Assembly: GCA_047495785.1 (NCBI GenBank)
Contig: JBLDXI010000012.1
Coordinates: 310,001 to 374,000, forward strand
Length of the DNA stretch: 64,000 nt
Origin: Lepidodermella squamata
Lineage: Eukaryota; Animalia; Gastrotricha
Direction: 5' to 3'
Positions 12,526 to 24,138 of this stretch are shown here, one piece after another; the stretch's first letter is position 1; every line of letters begins with the position of its first letter. The notes beneath the pieces were generated by a model. That model was not told the origin of the DNA, did no database searches, and was given only the letters and a program-made list of their open reading frames with translations. A program made the position numbers and the translations under genes.

Positions 12526-15500
12526 GTAATACTGGGGTCTTCAGTAGTTGCCGAATGTGGTCAACAAATAACAAGCTCAACAATGATAGACTATAATAGT
12601 TCTAGACGGCAGCAGAAAAAAAAATTACGTGAAATTTGCGGAGCATATAAATAATATTGATGTATGTTGTATTTTTCGACTGCGGTAAATAAAATAACGA
12701 CAACGGCAATAATAATAAAAATAAACGGGCACGAAATATGTTGTAATGTTGAAAAATGGCTGGATACGCCCCAGTGGCCGCGCGATCGTTAACAAACAAG
12801 ATTTTGCGCAAAAAACGTGAGAGCGCACTTCTTGACCGCGCACTGCCCTAGATGTATATTCCGCCTTAAAACCGGAAAAAATATTGCGGTTTTCCGAGAT
12901 GCGAGATGAAAGGAGGTTTGGTTGTAATGCAAAATGCTAGCAAAGATACTTTGTGATAATCATCATCGTTTATTACGGCTGAGCGCAAATTAAACGAGCC
13001 GAGATGCCGAGTTATTACTCAACGTCAAATGAGCCGTGGAACCAAGACGTGTGATATGCATAAAAATACACATCCGGGGCTATTTATTATTTTATGGCAC
13101 AGGTTGGAAACGATGAATAATACTTAATGTGGCCATAAAACGGCGCCTGAAGACTTCCGCAGCAGGTACTTATACCCGAAAGTATCAGATGATTCAGTGT
13201 ATTCAGGCAATGCCTAGCCGAGTCACGCGCATTACTATACAGAGATATTGAGAATATTCACACTGCGTCGGGTACGTGAGCTAGACACCTTTTTAGCACC
13301 AATAAAACGCTAACCGAAATCAACGTTATAATATCGTAATGACGCCAAATATTTGCATAGGCTCGCTGCTGGTAAAAATTAGAAGTATGGGCGACTTGAA
13401 TTTTGTTTGCCGCGTTTCGAAACGCGTAAACACAACACGCGCCGCCGCTTGCAAAAAGTTAATAATTCAGTCTAGAAGGGTTTATTATTTTAAGGTGACT
13501 ACAGCATGAGTGACATGTCGCCGCGCCTCACTCGACAAGGTGAACGCCAGCTCTCGAGAAATCAATCACAGACAGAGTGTGACAAGCGTGCCATTTGTCG
13601 CAGCGTAATTATAATAGTAATCTTCATAATAAATGCGACATTTCTCGGCCCGAGCGCGCTTATCAAAACGCACGCGCCAGGTCACGGCAGGGCCGGGCCG
13701 GCTACTTAGACATCGACGGAAGAGGTCACAGCGTTTATCGAAAAGGTAAAGCGAGAAATATCGCCAGCAGCTGGTTTGCACTTGGCATTCCTATTTTTCA
13801 GGACCGGAAATTCACACTCAACGGAGTGAGCCAATAAACCAAAAAAATCAGGGAGCTGTGAAAAGTACTCAATCTTTTTTCACATAAGCGCCCATTAAAA
13901 TTCCGCGCCGGCTATATCATTTAAATCAAGCGCGCAATAACAATAAATATAAATTTGAATAAAATGTTTGCTCTCTGAGGGAAAAAACACGAGCTCATGA
14001 ATTGCTGCGGTGGGATCGCGCGCATAAAAATACGCGCGAGCTGAAAAGCAAAAATGTAAACAACCGGCTGACATTTCGGTCGGTTAGGATTTTTCATCGA
14101 CTGTCGACGTCGTAAAGTGAATATAACATGCCACCGCATCAGCAGGTATCCTATCGGTCGGTCAGCCCCGGCGTATTCTAGCGAGAACATCACAAACAAC
14201 AACCGCGTAAACATACCACCAAGTAGCAAGCAGTAAATAGGTCTGAAAAATCTCCTAAAATATTGGTGTCCCTAGGTCAAAGCTAATGGAGCCGAGCGCT
14301 TTCGCGTCAGTATTAATAACAGCCGTGATATTGACATTCTCAAAAATATAAATTAAAAATATACAAAACGCAGCAGTTTATGACAATATCAAACATTTAC
14401 AAAGGCATAATTGGAGAGCTAGCGCTCAATTTGAAGCAACGACACAGATAACTCGACACCGGGCATTTACAGGTACGGCATGATAAAATCTGGATAAAGT
14501 ATCATCTCTGGAGAGAGAGCTCGCGATGTTGAACAATTAGAGCCGCTGCTGGTGGTGTGAAACAATGCCGAGCCAACTTGAAAAGTTGAGCGCGTGGCAA
14601 CAATGTGACACAATTTTTCAAGAGAATAAAGATGGGTGCTATCTATCAACAATATGATGAAAGCTAGCAGACTCGAAAAAATGCAAGTAACGGAAAATAG
14701 ATACTATTTTGATCTATTGGAAATGAGAAACAGTAACGCAGCTAATAAAGAAAATGCCCGTTTGCCCGCGCCACTTGATAACAACATAATAATGCTGGGC
14801 GGAGCGCGCCACAGGCCCGAATTATGTCATTGAGTGTTGCTCCAGCAATAATTAATAACAGTCCACTTCTTCGGCTCGCAAACATGCTTGATTGGCAATA
14901 GCCAGCCGATCTCACTTGCTACATTGCTATATCGTAGTTACATTACCACGCGCCAGTTCGGCGAACACGATGCGGAAGTCCGCCTAGCAGTGTGAAGACC
15001 CAACGCTATTTAGTGACTGTCATAGCGAAGGGCAAGGGGGCAATCTATAATTTTCATTACTTCGCGTATAAACATAGACAATAGGCGCGAGCCATCTGTT
15101 GTCAGTGCGTTCAGTACTCGGATGTCTTCCGATACATACACATGCGCGCGGTCACAAAGCTGCCGCTTTAGCTATAGCTAACATTGTATCTATTACCGGT
15201 CAGAGAGAGGATGGCTCAGACTATCAGAAACCAATAAAACCTTCGTTTCATTCTGGCCACGCCGAAAAATTTCATGAATAAAATATCTGGCTTGTCTCGC
15301 AATCGATAACGCTCGTTATTTCCACCCAAGTGCAAATGCAAACTCTCTATTCAGACATGAAACATGTATAAACAGAACAACAACAAGCGTGGAAGACAAC
15401 AACAACAACGCAAATTTTGAAAACACGATTTGGAATGCACAGCGACAAGAACGTGGCTAAGAAACAAAGGGATTAGTTCCGCCAATATCAATAACAGTTG

Positions 15501-17664
15501 GCTGCATCAGTTAATAAAAACAAGCGATGGGAAAAAGCAAAATAACCAATGCCGCACATAGTCGCATAATCCGAAAAAGTCCAGCCGCAAATTTGCCAAG
15601 TAATTATTGAATGATGATGAAGTCCGACAAAATATTTTAGCCATAAAACTCAAGGTCAAAGAGCTTATGCTAGAGATGCTAGAGAGGCGACAATGCGATG
15701 TACTTGGCTGGCAAAATTGTGAGTAAATGAGCGCCTTTTGCAAAGTAAGTCACTGATTCGGATCTTGCAAACAGAATTATTCGCAGTTTAAAGTACCGCC
15801 CATTTTTTTCTCTATGAGTACCGCAAAAGGAGCTAATCTGAAAATGCCAGAAATTTCGCTAAATTCGTCTTGTGAGGACGTAAGTAAATGAAAATATCCG
15901 GATAGCCGATAATTCTATCCAGGTTGTCATGTTATTCGTGAAAGATAACGATAAATAAAGATGATCTCATGGTGGGATGTCAAAGTTATTTGCAATCACT
16001 GCAAACATCTTAAATAAGAAATCAGTGTTGAGGAATAGTGTAGGGTAAGCCTCTTTCGAAGTAACAATCGGGCATCAGTTTGATGGCAGTGGCGGAGCTA
16101 ACTTGGAAAAGCTGGGGTAGCGCGAGGCGGGAAAATAGTCGTAGCTAGGGGTTCACAACTTCATTATTAACAACCCTATTTTTAAGTTAAGGCACCAGCT
16201 CATGTTTGTTGTTTTCCGATTTTTTTTTAGTTAGCGTCGCCATAAAAACGCCTAGTCATCATTATCGTTGTATGAGCCAACCGAATAGCAGAAAATAGCC
16301 GACTAAACCTACAGAGCTGCAGAAAATTTTTGCAAGCTAGACCTTTATCCGAACCATCTGAGCCATTTATCGAAGAAAAACGTAATCGAGAAACAATAAG
16401 CATCGGAATATCATTGTAGTATTCATTTATCCTGCGCAGAGAATGTCGTCTTACACTCGGGGAATCGATAAATCCCCAAAATATAGAATTTACATCTAAT
16501 TTTACCCAAGCTTTATCCGAACCAGGTTCGCAGGTTCGGGACATTTTGCTACTCTGTAAACCTATAATCGTGATGTCACGCGAACGCGGAAATTTGTCCT
16601 TTCCGCTAAAAATATATGGTCACTATCTGTAAGGTTTCAGGAAAAGGCGCCTGTAGGGGACTGGTCTGTGGTTTGTCTAAAAAGCCGTCGGGTAGCGATT
16701 ACCGGGCGCAACAATGTAGCTTGCAAATAGAAAACACGAATTAGATGATAAAATATAAGAAAGATATGTAGTTACATAAAGGCAAGCCGGCTACTCAAAT
16801 AGTCGGGATACAATCTTTAAATCTCAAAAAGTATAACCCCAACATTGGAAAATGAAATGAGTTAGTAGGTATGGGTAATAGCATTTGTGCATCATGTGTC
16901 ATGTGTCCATGCGTTTCATACCACTTAAAAGCTACGGGTTACCACGGGTTTTCGGCATTTTCGATCGGCATTCTTTCAGTCGAGCAATGCTGTGAGAACA
17001 ATTAATTCTATGTATTATTCTATTCTATGTACCAGAGGTTGCCATTGCCCAGTACCTATCCTATTCGAACGGCCCTAGTCATGATCCTCGTTCGGAAGCG
17101 GTGAATGGGAAAGAACAACGGCAGTCCTTGAATGTAGTCTAAGCATTTTAGCTGGGAGCTGGGAATCGTACTTCAGCTTGGTCGATTGACCATTATGGGA
17201 AAGGTTTGCGCAGAAACGAGTCGGCCCACACCGAACATTCCGCGGTGAGGAGTTTGAATACTCGCGCCTGTGAATTCGTCAAGGTCAAATTACAATTTTG
17301 GCAAAAATGTTGCCAACATACAAGAATATTGCATAATACAAATTTTAATTTTGCCGCAGACCTAAGAAAAACTTGCACACCCAATTCACGCAACTTTTTC
17401 AAAAATCCAACTGACCCCCTTTGTTAACTTATTGGCTGTACAACGCCCCGAGATCAGCTTTCAGCATTAGGAAGTTGAGCGATTCCTCGATTCGCCCTTT
17501 TCCGACTTGAGTAATCCAAAAATTCTTGTATCATCTTAGGTTAAAGTGAACCGTTCGTTCGATTTCTATTCGTTATTCATTATCCATGCCTAATACACAG
17601 TTTCTTTATTAAAGTCTTGTCTTTATCTCCCTTCAAATTAGTCCATTCAGTCCATTTTGAGATA

Positions 17665-18117
17665 ATGGGAAACTTAATTAGTGGAGGAATGGAGAAAGTC
17701 GCTCAAAAGCAGCTGGAGTTTCAGCAACAAGCTCAGCGCTTACAGCTCGAGCGTCAACTTGAGATGCAAAATCAGATGCGAATTCGCATGCAAGCTGTGG
17801 CTGTCGCGCAGTCACGTGACATGTTTACCTTTGCTGCCACTTTCTATGGTCTCTTAGGTCTAGGATTGGTTGCTGGTGCTGTGAAACGAAAGAATGGCAT
17901 GGTGGTTGCACCTCTGGTCCCTCTTAGCGTTGGTCTCGGCTATCTGTATGACATGGCATGGGGTGACAAAATGCCCCGTATTGTTGGCTGGGCTGAGGAA
18001 ATAATTGAACATGAGCCGCATTTACTTGGTTCGCCACATGGCATGCCTACTTTCGATGACATCGATCGTGCCATTAAAGCCCGTCAGCTGATGTCCTCGT
18101 CGCAGAAAAACAATTGA
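17665..18117 (+). CDS. PLGRKT: Plasminogen receptor KT-like protein, intronless
   Basis: MGNLISGGME..QLERQLEMQNQMRIRMQAVAVAQSRD..PLVPLSVGLGYLYDMAWG matches the family pattern QLERQ..MQNEMRERQMA..IA.SRE. Confidence 0.85.
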   Translation: MGNLISGGMEKVAQKQLEFQQQAQRLQLERQLEMQNQMRIRMQAVAVAQSRDMFTFAATFYGLLGLGLVAGAVKRKNGMVVAPLVPLSVGLGYLYDMAWGDKMPRIVGWAEEIIEHEPHLLGSPHGMPTFDDIDRAIKARQLMSSSQKNN

Positions 18118-18322
18118 CCATAGCAGCGTTATTTAACCTGACGTTTCCAGTATAAAATGCTAGGATTATATTTTTCGCCATGCTAATAACCTTTTCTATC
18201 GCTTGAATTTGGTAGTTAATTGATTGCGTTGCCAGTCTGTAATTATCACGGGATACGTGCCTCTTATTTTGCGAAACCTCAATAAATCAATGTGTATTTT
18301 CTGTCCTAGATACTTTAAAGAA

Positions 18323-21163
18323 ATGGATGTCAGATATTACATAGAGTCCATTGTTGGACATTTGGATAAAAAGCGGCTTCAAAATAAGAAATTTGTCGAT
18401 AAATTGGCGAATCAACTGATTGGCAAGAAGTCAGCTCTTAAGTCGCGCTCCTTCAACACAACTCTGATCTGCATGACCACGGTAGATGAAATTTACAATG
18501 GCTTGGTTGAAAAGTACACCGTTCAGTCCGACCAATATCGAGCCGACGAAATTGGGCGACTGTATGGCGAGATCAACAAAATTGATTTCGATTTGTTCAT
18601 GAAATCCGGGGATGGCAAAGCTAAAATGCTTTATTTCCTGCACAGGCTATCTGCAGGTTCAAATTCATACGTCTTTCCACACAATGTTGCTGTTACCTCG
18701 CTTTCTTCGCTGCAAATTGACGACGAGCCTTGTAATTCCACTGTATGTATAGTCGATTGGCAGGAAGTTCTGCTATCTGGCGAAGAATTCGAAATAAGAA
18801 ACTTCAATGTCGAAGATGAGGACGATGACAGCTGCTTTCACGATTCTCCATCATCTCCCGCTGTTTCCCCGGAAGACACTTATAACAGCTGTGATTCCAC
18901 GGCCAAATCAGATGAAGTGACAACTTCGATTTCAAATTCGAAAGTGCAATCAGACTCGACAGTATTACTCGGTCTTCCGAGGAAAAAAGTGTACGAGCTA
19001 GTAGACCGCAATGAGTTTGCTATATGCAACGAAATAATTTGTGGATTAACTGGGGCGGAGCCTAATTTGAAATTTCTCGCTCATTGTGGCGGTAAACAAG
19101 TTCTTAAGCATGTAACAAATGGCTGTTTGAAAAATGTAATTGGCGATGTTTCCGACTCATGCTCGGTCTCTTTAGAGAGAATTTCCGGTATATACGACCG
19201 CGTTACTTCTTATCCTAATGACGACTATTTACTGGATGTTGGCTTGGCCTGTGGCAATTTCTTACGGTTTGTCACTAATTCTGTTCAGAAACTGAGCAAA
19301 TCATTGCAACCGGTGACTCTTCTCAGTTTGGATCTCGAATCTACTGAAATTCGACAGTTGATAATTAGATTCGGCTCCGTGCTATCTCATTTCCACTTGG
19401 AGAACATTACTACTATGAAGGAGAAAACTAAAAGTTTGCTAAACTTTGCTGCCTCAGTCCAAACTGCGTTACACGCGGCTCTTCTTGGCTGTAATACAGC
19501 TGAAGCCAGTTGGCTGCTAGTTCTCTGGCTCGCTGCTGCTCGTCCTCTCCTTCGAGCCGCGATTCACTCAACGTTTTCTGCAAACAAAAGCTCAATTAAG
19601 CCGTGGTTTGACACCTCCTTGTTTGATAATGAAAAAGACAGTTTAATGCTGGGCGGGCTCGACTTGATGGAGGTAAACAAGCTCTTGGGCGCAACTCACC
19701 GTTATTTGACACTATTGCGGCAATGCCGCGAAGAATCTGGCGATTTTTTATCGCAAAGCCGTTTGTTTGCTTTGCCACTTCTTTTTGAGTCATTCATACG
19801 TGATATTGCTATATCTGAGGAAAACAAGTTACCAGGGGAGATTTTGCGGTCTCAAAATCTACTGAGTCCTATTTTGCCTGACAAATTCGATTGTGCTCTC
19901 CCTGTGGATTTAATTGACCGAGTGTCAAGTCGTTGGATGGAATCTCTTTCGATGGAATGTAAATTAGCGTCATCTCAACTTTTCGATATTTGGGAAAAGT
20001 CTGGCCTGAAATCGTGGATGTTTGCCATGAAACTAGTCTTTCTTTGCCAGAGCGTGATTCAATTCGACGGGCGAAATAAATTTTTGAAAAAATCTTCGCC
20101 TGCCCTGGATTTACTAGCCCTCCACTTGCCCGGTGACGTTTGGCTGGAATACGTCCCCAGTCAAATTCGAAAAGTCATGATGGCGAAATGTGAACCGGCT
20201 GATGTTTCTAGCTTGTTAGATTCAGACAGTCTAACTGAGCAGTATTCGAACTGCAAAACTGTTGCTCAAGCTCTTGAATTCATGGAGACTTCAATCAGTC
20301 AGAATCAACCTCTGGTACTTTTCCCGATCTCGTTGTTTCTATGCCCTGAAGTTTTATCAAAATACGTTCGTGTTCATTCGTTTTTAAGTGCGTTTCACGT
20401 TTCGAAAAATTGGCTATCGCGTGCATTGTTTAACAATGACCCTTTGTCGTCATGCCATGGTAAAATTGCGGCGGTTAGGTCAGCAACTCGATCTCAACGT
20501 CCACCATCTCATTTACTTCTGTCCGCCGCTGACCGGTTGCTCTGGCTGCTGAGAAGTGCGATTTTCTTCGCGCTAAACGCCCTGCAGCAATACTTTTTCA
20601 CCAGTGTGGTCTGCGCTAATTGCCATCGATTGGAAAATGAGTTGGCTGAAGTTACCAGTGCAGATGATTTGGAACGAATTCACGACGAAGTGATGGCTCA
20701 AATCGTTACTGGTTGCCTTTTCCCGATCGGTCATCGAACTTATCAAGCGTCACTGCGGCATTTGATTGTACTAGCTGATATGTTGAGTCGGCAGCAAATT
20801 GCGCCGAAAGCAGCTCAGAAACTTCCACCTCTGGCTAGAAGTAACTTGACTAGCCTTTCAAATCTCAGCCAACTTAGCGATGATATGACACTGCAAACAA
20901 ATGCGACTCAAATCTCGACTAGCGAGACCAGTTGGAAACTCCTGGCGACTGATACTTATCAAGGAATCCGCTTTCTCGCCGATACTTTGAGCCGATCTGC
21001 TAGTAAAAATCATTCGGTGACGAGGAGCTCGTTGAACAATTCGATTTTCGACTCGGAATTCGCCGGAAGTTCCGTCGCGTGGTTAGCTGCTGAACTGCAA
21101 CATGCCTCTGATATTGTCTCAAAGCAGAGCAAAATCCTGCTACAAATTATGCACGCTAAATAG
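18323..21163 (+). CDS. TUBGCP5: Gamma-tubulin complex component 5, divergent and intronless
   Basis: N-terminus DVR..IYNGLVEKYTVQSD..A...RL..MLYFLHRLS..DWQEVLL resembles GCP5. C-terminal GRIP2-like PISLFL..KY.RVHSFL..LR..FALNALQQYFFT..DDLERIH. ATG 18323 follows a TAG acceptor at 18309. Confidence 0.75.
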   Translation: MDVRYYIESIVGHLDKKRLQNKKFVDKLANQLIGKKSALKSRSFNTTLICMTTVDEIYNGLVEKYTVQSDQYRADEIGRLYGEINKIDFDLFMKSGDGKAKMLYFLHRLSAGSNSYVFPHNVAVTSLSSLQIDDEPCNSTVCIVDWQEVLLSGEEFEIRNFNVEDEDDDSCFHDSPSSPAVSPEDTYNSCDSTAKSDEVTTSISNSKVQSDSTVLLGLPRKKVYELVDRNEFAICNEIICGLTGAEPNLKFLAHCGGKQVLKHVTNGCLKNVIGDVSDSCSVSLERISGIYDRVTSYPNDDYLLDVGLACGNFLRFVTNSVQKLSKSLQPVTLLSLDLESTEIRQLIIRFGSVLSHFHLENITTMKEKTKSLLNFAASVQTALHAALLGCNTAEASWLLVLWLAAARPLLRAAIHSTFSANKSSIKPWFDTSLFDNEKDSLMLGGLDLMEVNKLLGATHRYLTLLRQCREESGDFLSQSRLFALPLLFESFIRDIAISEENKLPGEILRSQNLLSPILPDKFDCALPVDLIDRVSSRWMESLSMECKLASSQLFDIWEKSGLKSWMFAMKLVFLCQSVIQFDGRNKFLKKSSPALDLLALHLPGDVWLEYVPSQIRKVMMAKCEPADVSSLLDSDSLTEQYSNCKTVAQALEFMETSISQNQPLVLFPISLFLCPEVLSKYVRVHSFLSAFHVSKNWLSRALFNNDPLSSCHGKIAAVRSATRSQRPPSHLLLSAADRLLWLLRSAIFFALNALQQYFFTSVVCANCHRLENELAEVTSADDLERIHDEVMAQIVTGCLFPIGHRTYQASLRHLIVLADMLSRQQIAPKAAQKLPPLARSNLTSLSNLSQLSDDMTLQTNATQISTSETSWKLLATDTYQGIRFLADTLSRSASKNHSVTRSSLNNSIFDSEFAGSSVAWLAAELQHASDIVSKQSKILLQIMHAK

Positions 21164-21258
21164 CTCTTTCCAACTTTTTTATCACCTTTTTCTCGCACAG
21201 TAAATTTTTTGACGTTTTATTAAAATCTGCCTTACTTTTTATAGGTGTGCTTTATTAA

Positions 21259-22722
21259 ATGACGGTAACGTACACGCAGGAATTGCACACAGTTGGCTGG
21301 TTCAATTTTTTTCGGTTGTTACTTCGATGGCGCGGGTCTTTCTACAAGCTCATTTTACCTCAATGCGCTGTGTTTTTCCTCATCTACTTCACTCTGATTG
21401 CCTTTCATCAATTTTTACTGCCGTATGAAATACAGCAGCATTTCGAGAGTATGATAGCGATGATTGCTCAAAATCGCCACCAGCTCGGCTCTGCTGTCGC
21501 CTTTTTTCTCGGCTTCTTCATCGACCTAGTTTTCGACCGATTCTGGGGCCAGTTTATGAAAATTCCTTGGCCTGATGGTTTCGCTTTCATGTGTTCGGTT
21601 CATCTCGTTGGACATGATAAAAGATCTCGAGTGATGCGGCGCACGCTTGTTCGTTACGTCTGCGCCGCGACTGTTATGGGTATGTGCAAAGTTGCGCCGA
21701 AAATCAAGAATCGCTTCCCGGATTTCCAAAGCTACGTAAAATGTGATCTGCTAACTGAAAATGAAGCTAATTTGATCGAGTCTTTCAAAACCGATTTCAG
21801 TAAACACTACATTCCGCTATCTTGGGCTTGTGCCTTATTGAGGCGTGCGAGAAAAGAAGGCCGTATTCATGACGAATTCGGCTACAATGATCTGTACCTT
21901 GAGATTGATAAAATTCGCGGCCAACTCGGTATGCTGTCGTCCTACGAATGGATTACGGTGCCGCTGGTATACGTTCAAGTCGTCACCCTGGCAGTTTATG
22001 CCTATTTCGGGGTTGTTGTCTGTACTCATCCATTCGAGAAATGGATGTTCTCATCCGGTGAAGTTTTCAGCGTGGAAGACGGTGATTTTAATCAAGAAGA
22101 ATTGGATCGTGGGACTCGGCTGAGGATGCGATATATGGTATGTACAGCTTCTAGCCATTAAATTTGCAATTTTGAGAAACTGATATTCGGTCAAAGGTAC
22201 AGCAAAAAATTAAGAGTAAGAGCCTTCTAAACTTTTAAGGTGGATGAAAGGATTGAATTTTGAATTTTGAAGTTAACCAAAATCAACTTTGGGGATTTTT
22301 TACTTTATGTAAAATTTGTGATTTAATTTTTGGTTAACCTACAGTTTGCGATAATTACGGCGATTCAATTCAGCGTTTATGCCGGTATGTTGCACACGTC
22401 TGAAGCGCTGCTATGCCCGTTTGGCTACAACGATAACGACATCGACATTGACCAACTCGTCGACCGCCACCTGCGCGTCGGCTATCTAGTCGTCGATGAG
22501 ATGTACGCTGTCATCCCGGAAATGACCACCGACCAGTACTGGACGACCGCACACGACGAAATCCAAATACCATACACTTCCGGCACCAAGCTGGCGCACT
22601 CCACAAGTGTCAAACGCCGCAGTAAATTTCTGCGCGGATTAAGCACGCTTTCGCATCAAACTGTGGCGCGCACACCGAGCAAAGTTCCGCACATTGTTAT
22701 CGAGCCGGAGGAGAAAAAATGA
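21259..22722 (+). CDS. Bestrophin anion channel, 2 exons (21259-22137, 22345-22722)
   Basis: MTVTYT, LLLRWRGSFYKL, FFLGFF, IPWPD, RRTLVRY, RFP, YEWITVPLVYVQVVTLAVYAYF, PFG..D.D motifs. GT-AG phase-0 intron. Confidence 0.93.
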
Positions 22723-22959
22723 ACATCTGCTGCTTCCAAATCTGCTAGTCCTAATGATATTAATATTACCATAGTCAGTAATAATGGCGCTCAAAACTTT
22801 TGTTATGATTTTTACCCGTTTTTTGTTATATCAGTTACTACTGTTAAAGTTTTTTAATCAAATTTTACCTGTTATCTCAGTGATTATCAATGATATTATT
22901 ATATTACAATAATCTACTAAAATAATTTGTTATTTTAATTTTAGGTTTACTTTTTTATA

Positions 22960-24138
22960 ATGATTCTCTGTTTTATTCTTACTGCTGCTCTCGTTTTCGA
23001 GACCGTTTTCGCTACTGATCATAGCCTATGCAAGTTTCCTTACCACCAAGAACCTACGAAGGCGATGGATATGCTTCAACACGACCATTTTTTCGGCACA
23101 AAATACGTCGCATTCGGTGGCCGTCCTGGAGATAATTTCACGTTCACTGTCGGAATTTGCGCGAATGTGAATCCGAAGAACACGGCGCCTGATGCTTGCG
23201 ACGCGGTTACTCAAGAAAAGAAAACGATAACCGGATCTGAATTTCACGTGTTGGGTAGGTGCAACAATACCGATGTAAAAGCCGGATCTGATTGGGCTCT
23301 GGTGGAATACGACGATGGAGATGCGTTAGTTTCCATTTCCCGCCCATTTATCATCAAAATATTATTTCTTTTGTGTATAGTTACGCCAATGCATGTGATC
23401 AACAAAGGCGGCGTACTATGATAATGATTTCATGCAACTGCAGTGCACCTGGTGACGGCGTGTTGACTTATTTTGAAGAAGATACAACGCGTAACAACAA
23501 CACGTGCCACTACATGTTCGAAATTGAAACGCGCCACATTTGCAAGGACAACTGTACCAATGTTGTACCAGCGACCACTGTGGCGCCTTTAATACCCATT
23601 CCAGCTGAATTGCACGGCCTATCTGGCGGTTCAATTTTCCTAATAATGTAAACTGCGTAAACATTTAAACATAAATTTATTTTAAGGTGGATTTTCATTC
23701 AGATTTTTTACGCTTTTGTCAACTTATTTGATCGTGGGCTTCCTAGTCAAATTTTGCACGGGCCACTATGGCATGGACCTGATTCCGAACTTGCATTTTT
23801 GGATGAGTTTCTTCAATTTGGTCGCCGATGGTTGTGACTTTGTTTTCCGATGTGGCCCTTACTCCGACCGTCGATCGCTTAGAATTGACGGCGATTTTGG
23901 CGCTGATTCTGGCTTCAGCCACGGGTCTATGACTTCGTCTCACAGACGCGGCCCGTTAACACCACCGCCATCAGCCCTACCCCCTGCCACACCTGCCCTC
24001 AGTGAAGCTTCATCCGGTTACCAAAATTTCAGCTCGAGTGGCAAGGCCCAGCGTCCTATTTCTACGACTGGGTCTATGACCGGCGAGGCCGGCAGTTTGG
24101 CTTCCACGTCAGATGACACTTATTTGATCCAAGCCTGA
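22960..24138 (+). CDS. M6PR: Cation-dependent mannose-6-phosphate receptor-like protein, 3 exons (22960-23324, 23381-23647, 23703-24138)
   Basis: Signal peptide; MRH domain (FTVGIC, VLGR.N, GSDW, RRRTMIMISC, CHYMFE); GLSGGSIFLI transmembrane segment; tail GMDLIPNLHFW..NLVADGCDFVFR; C-terminal DDTYLI sorting-like motif. Confidence 0.88.

Noticed and set aside
16088-16530. hAT-like end CAGTGGCGGAGCTA and a repeated CTTTATCCGAACCA
   Set aside because: No matching opposite TIR or TSD was found, so the element cannot be delimited.
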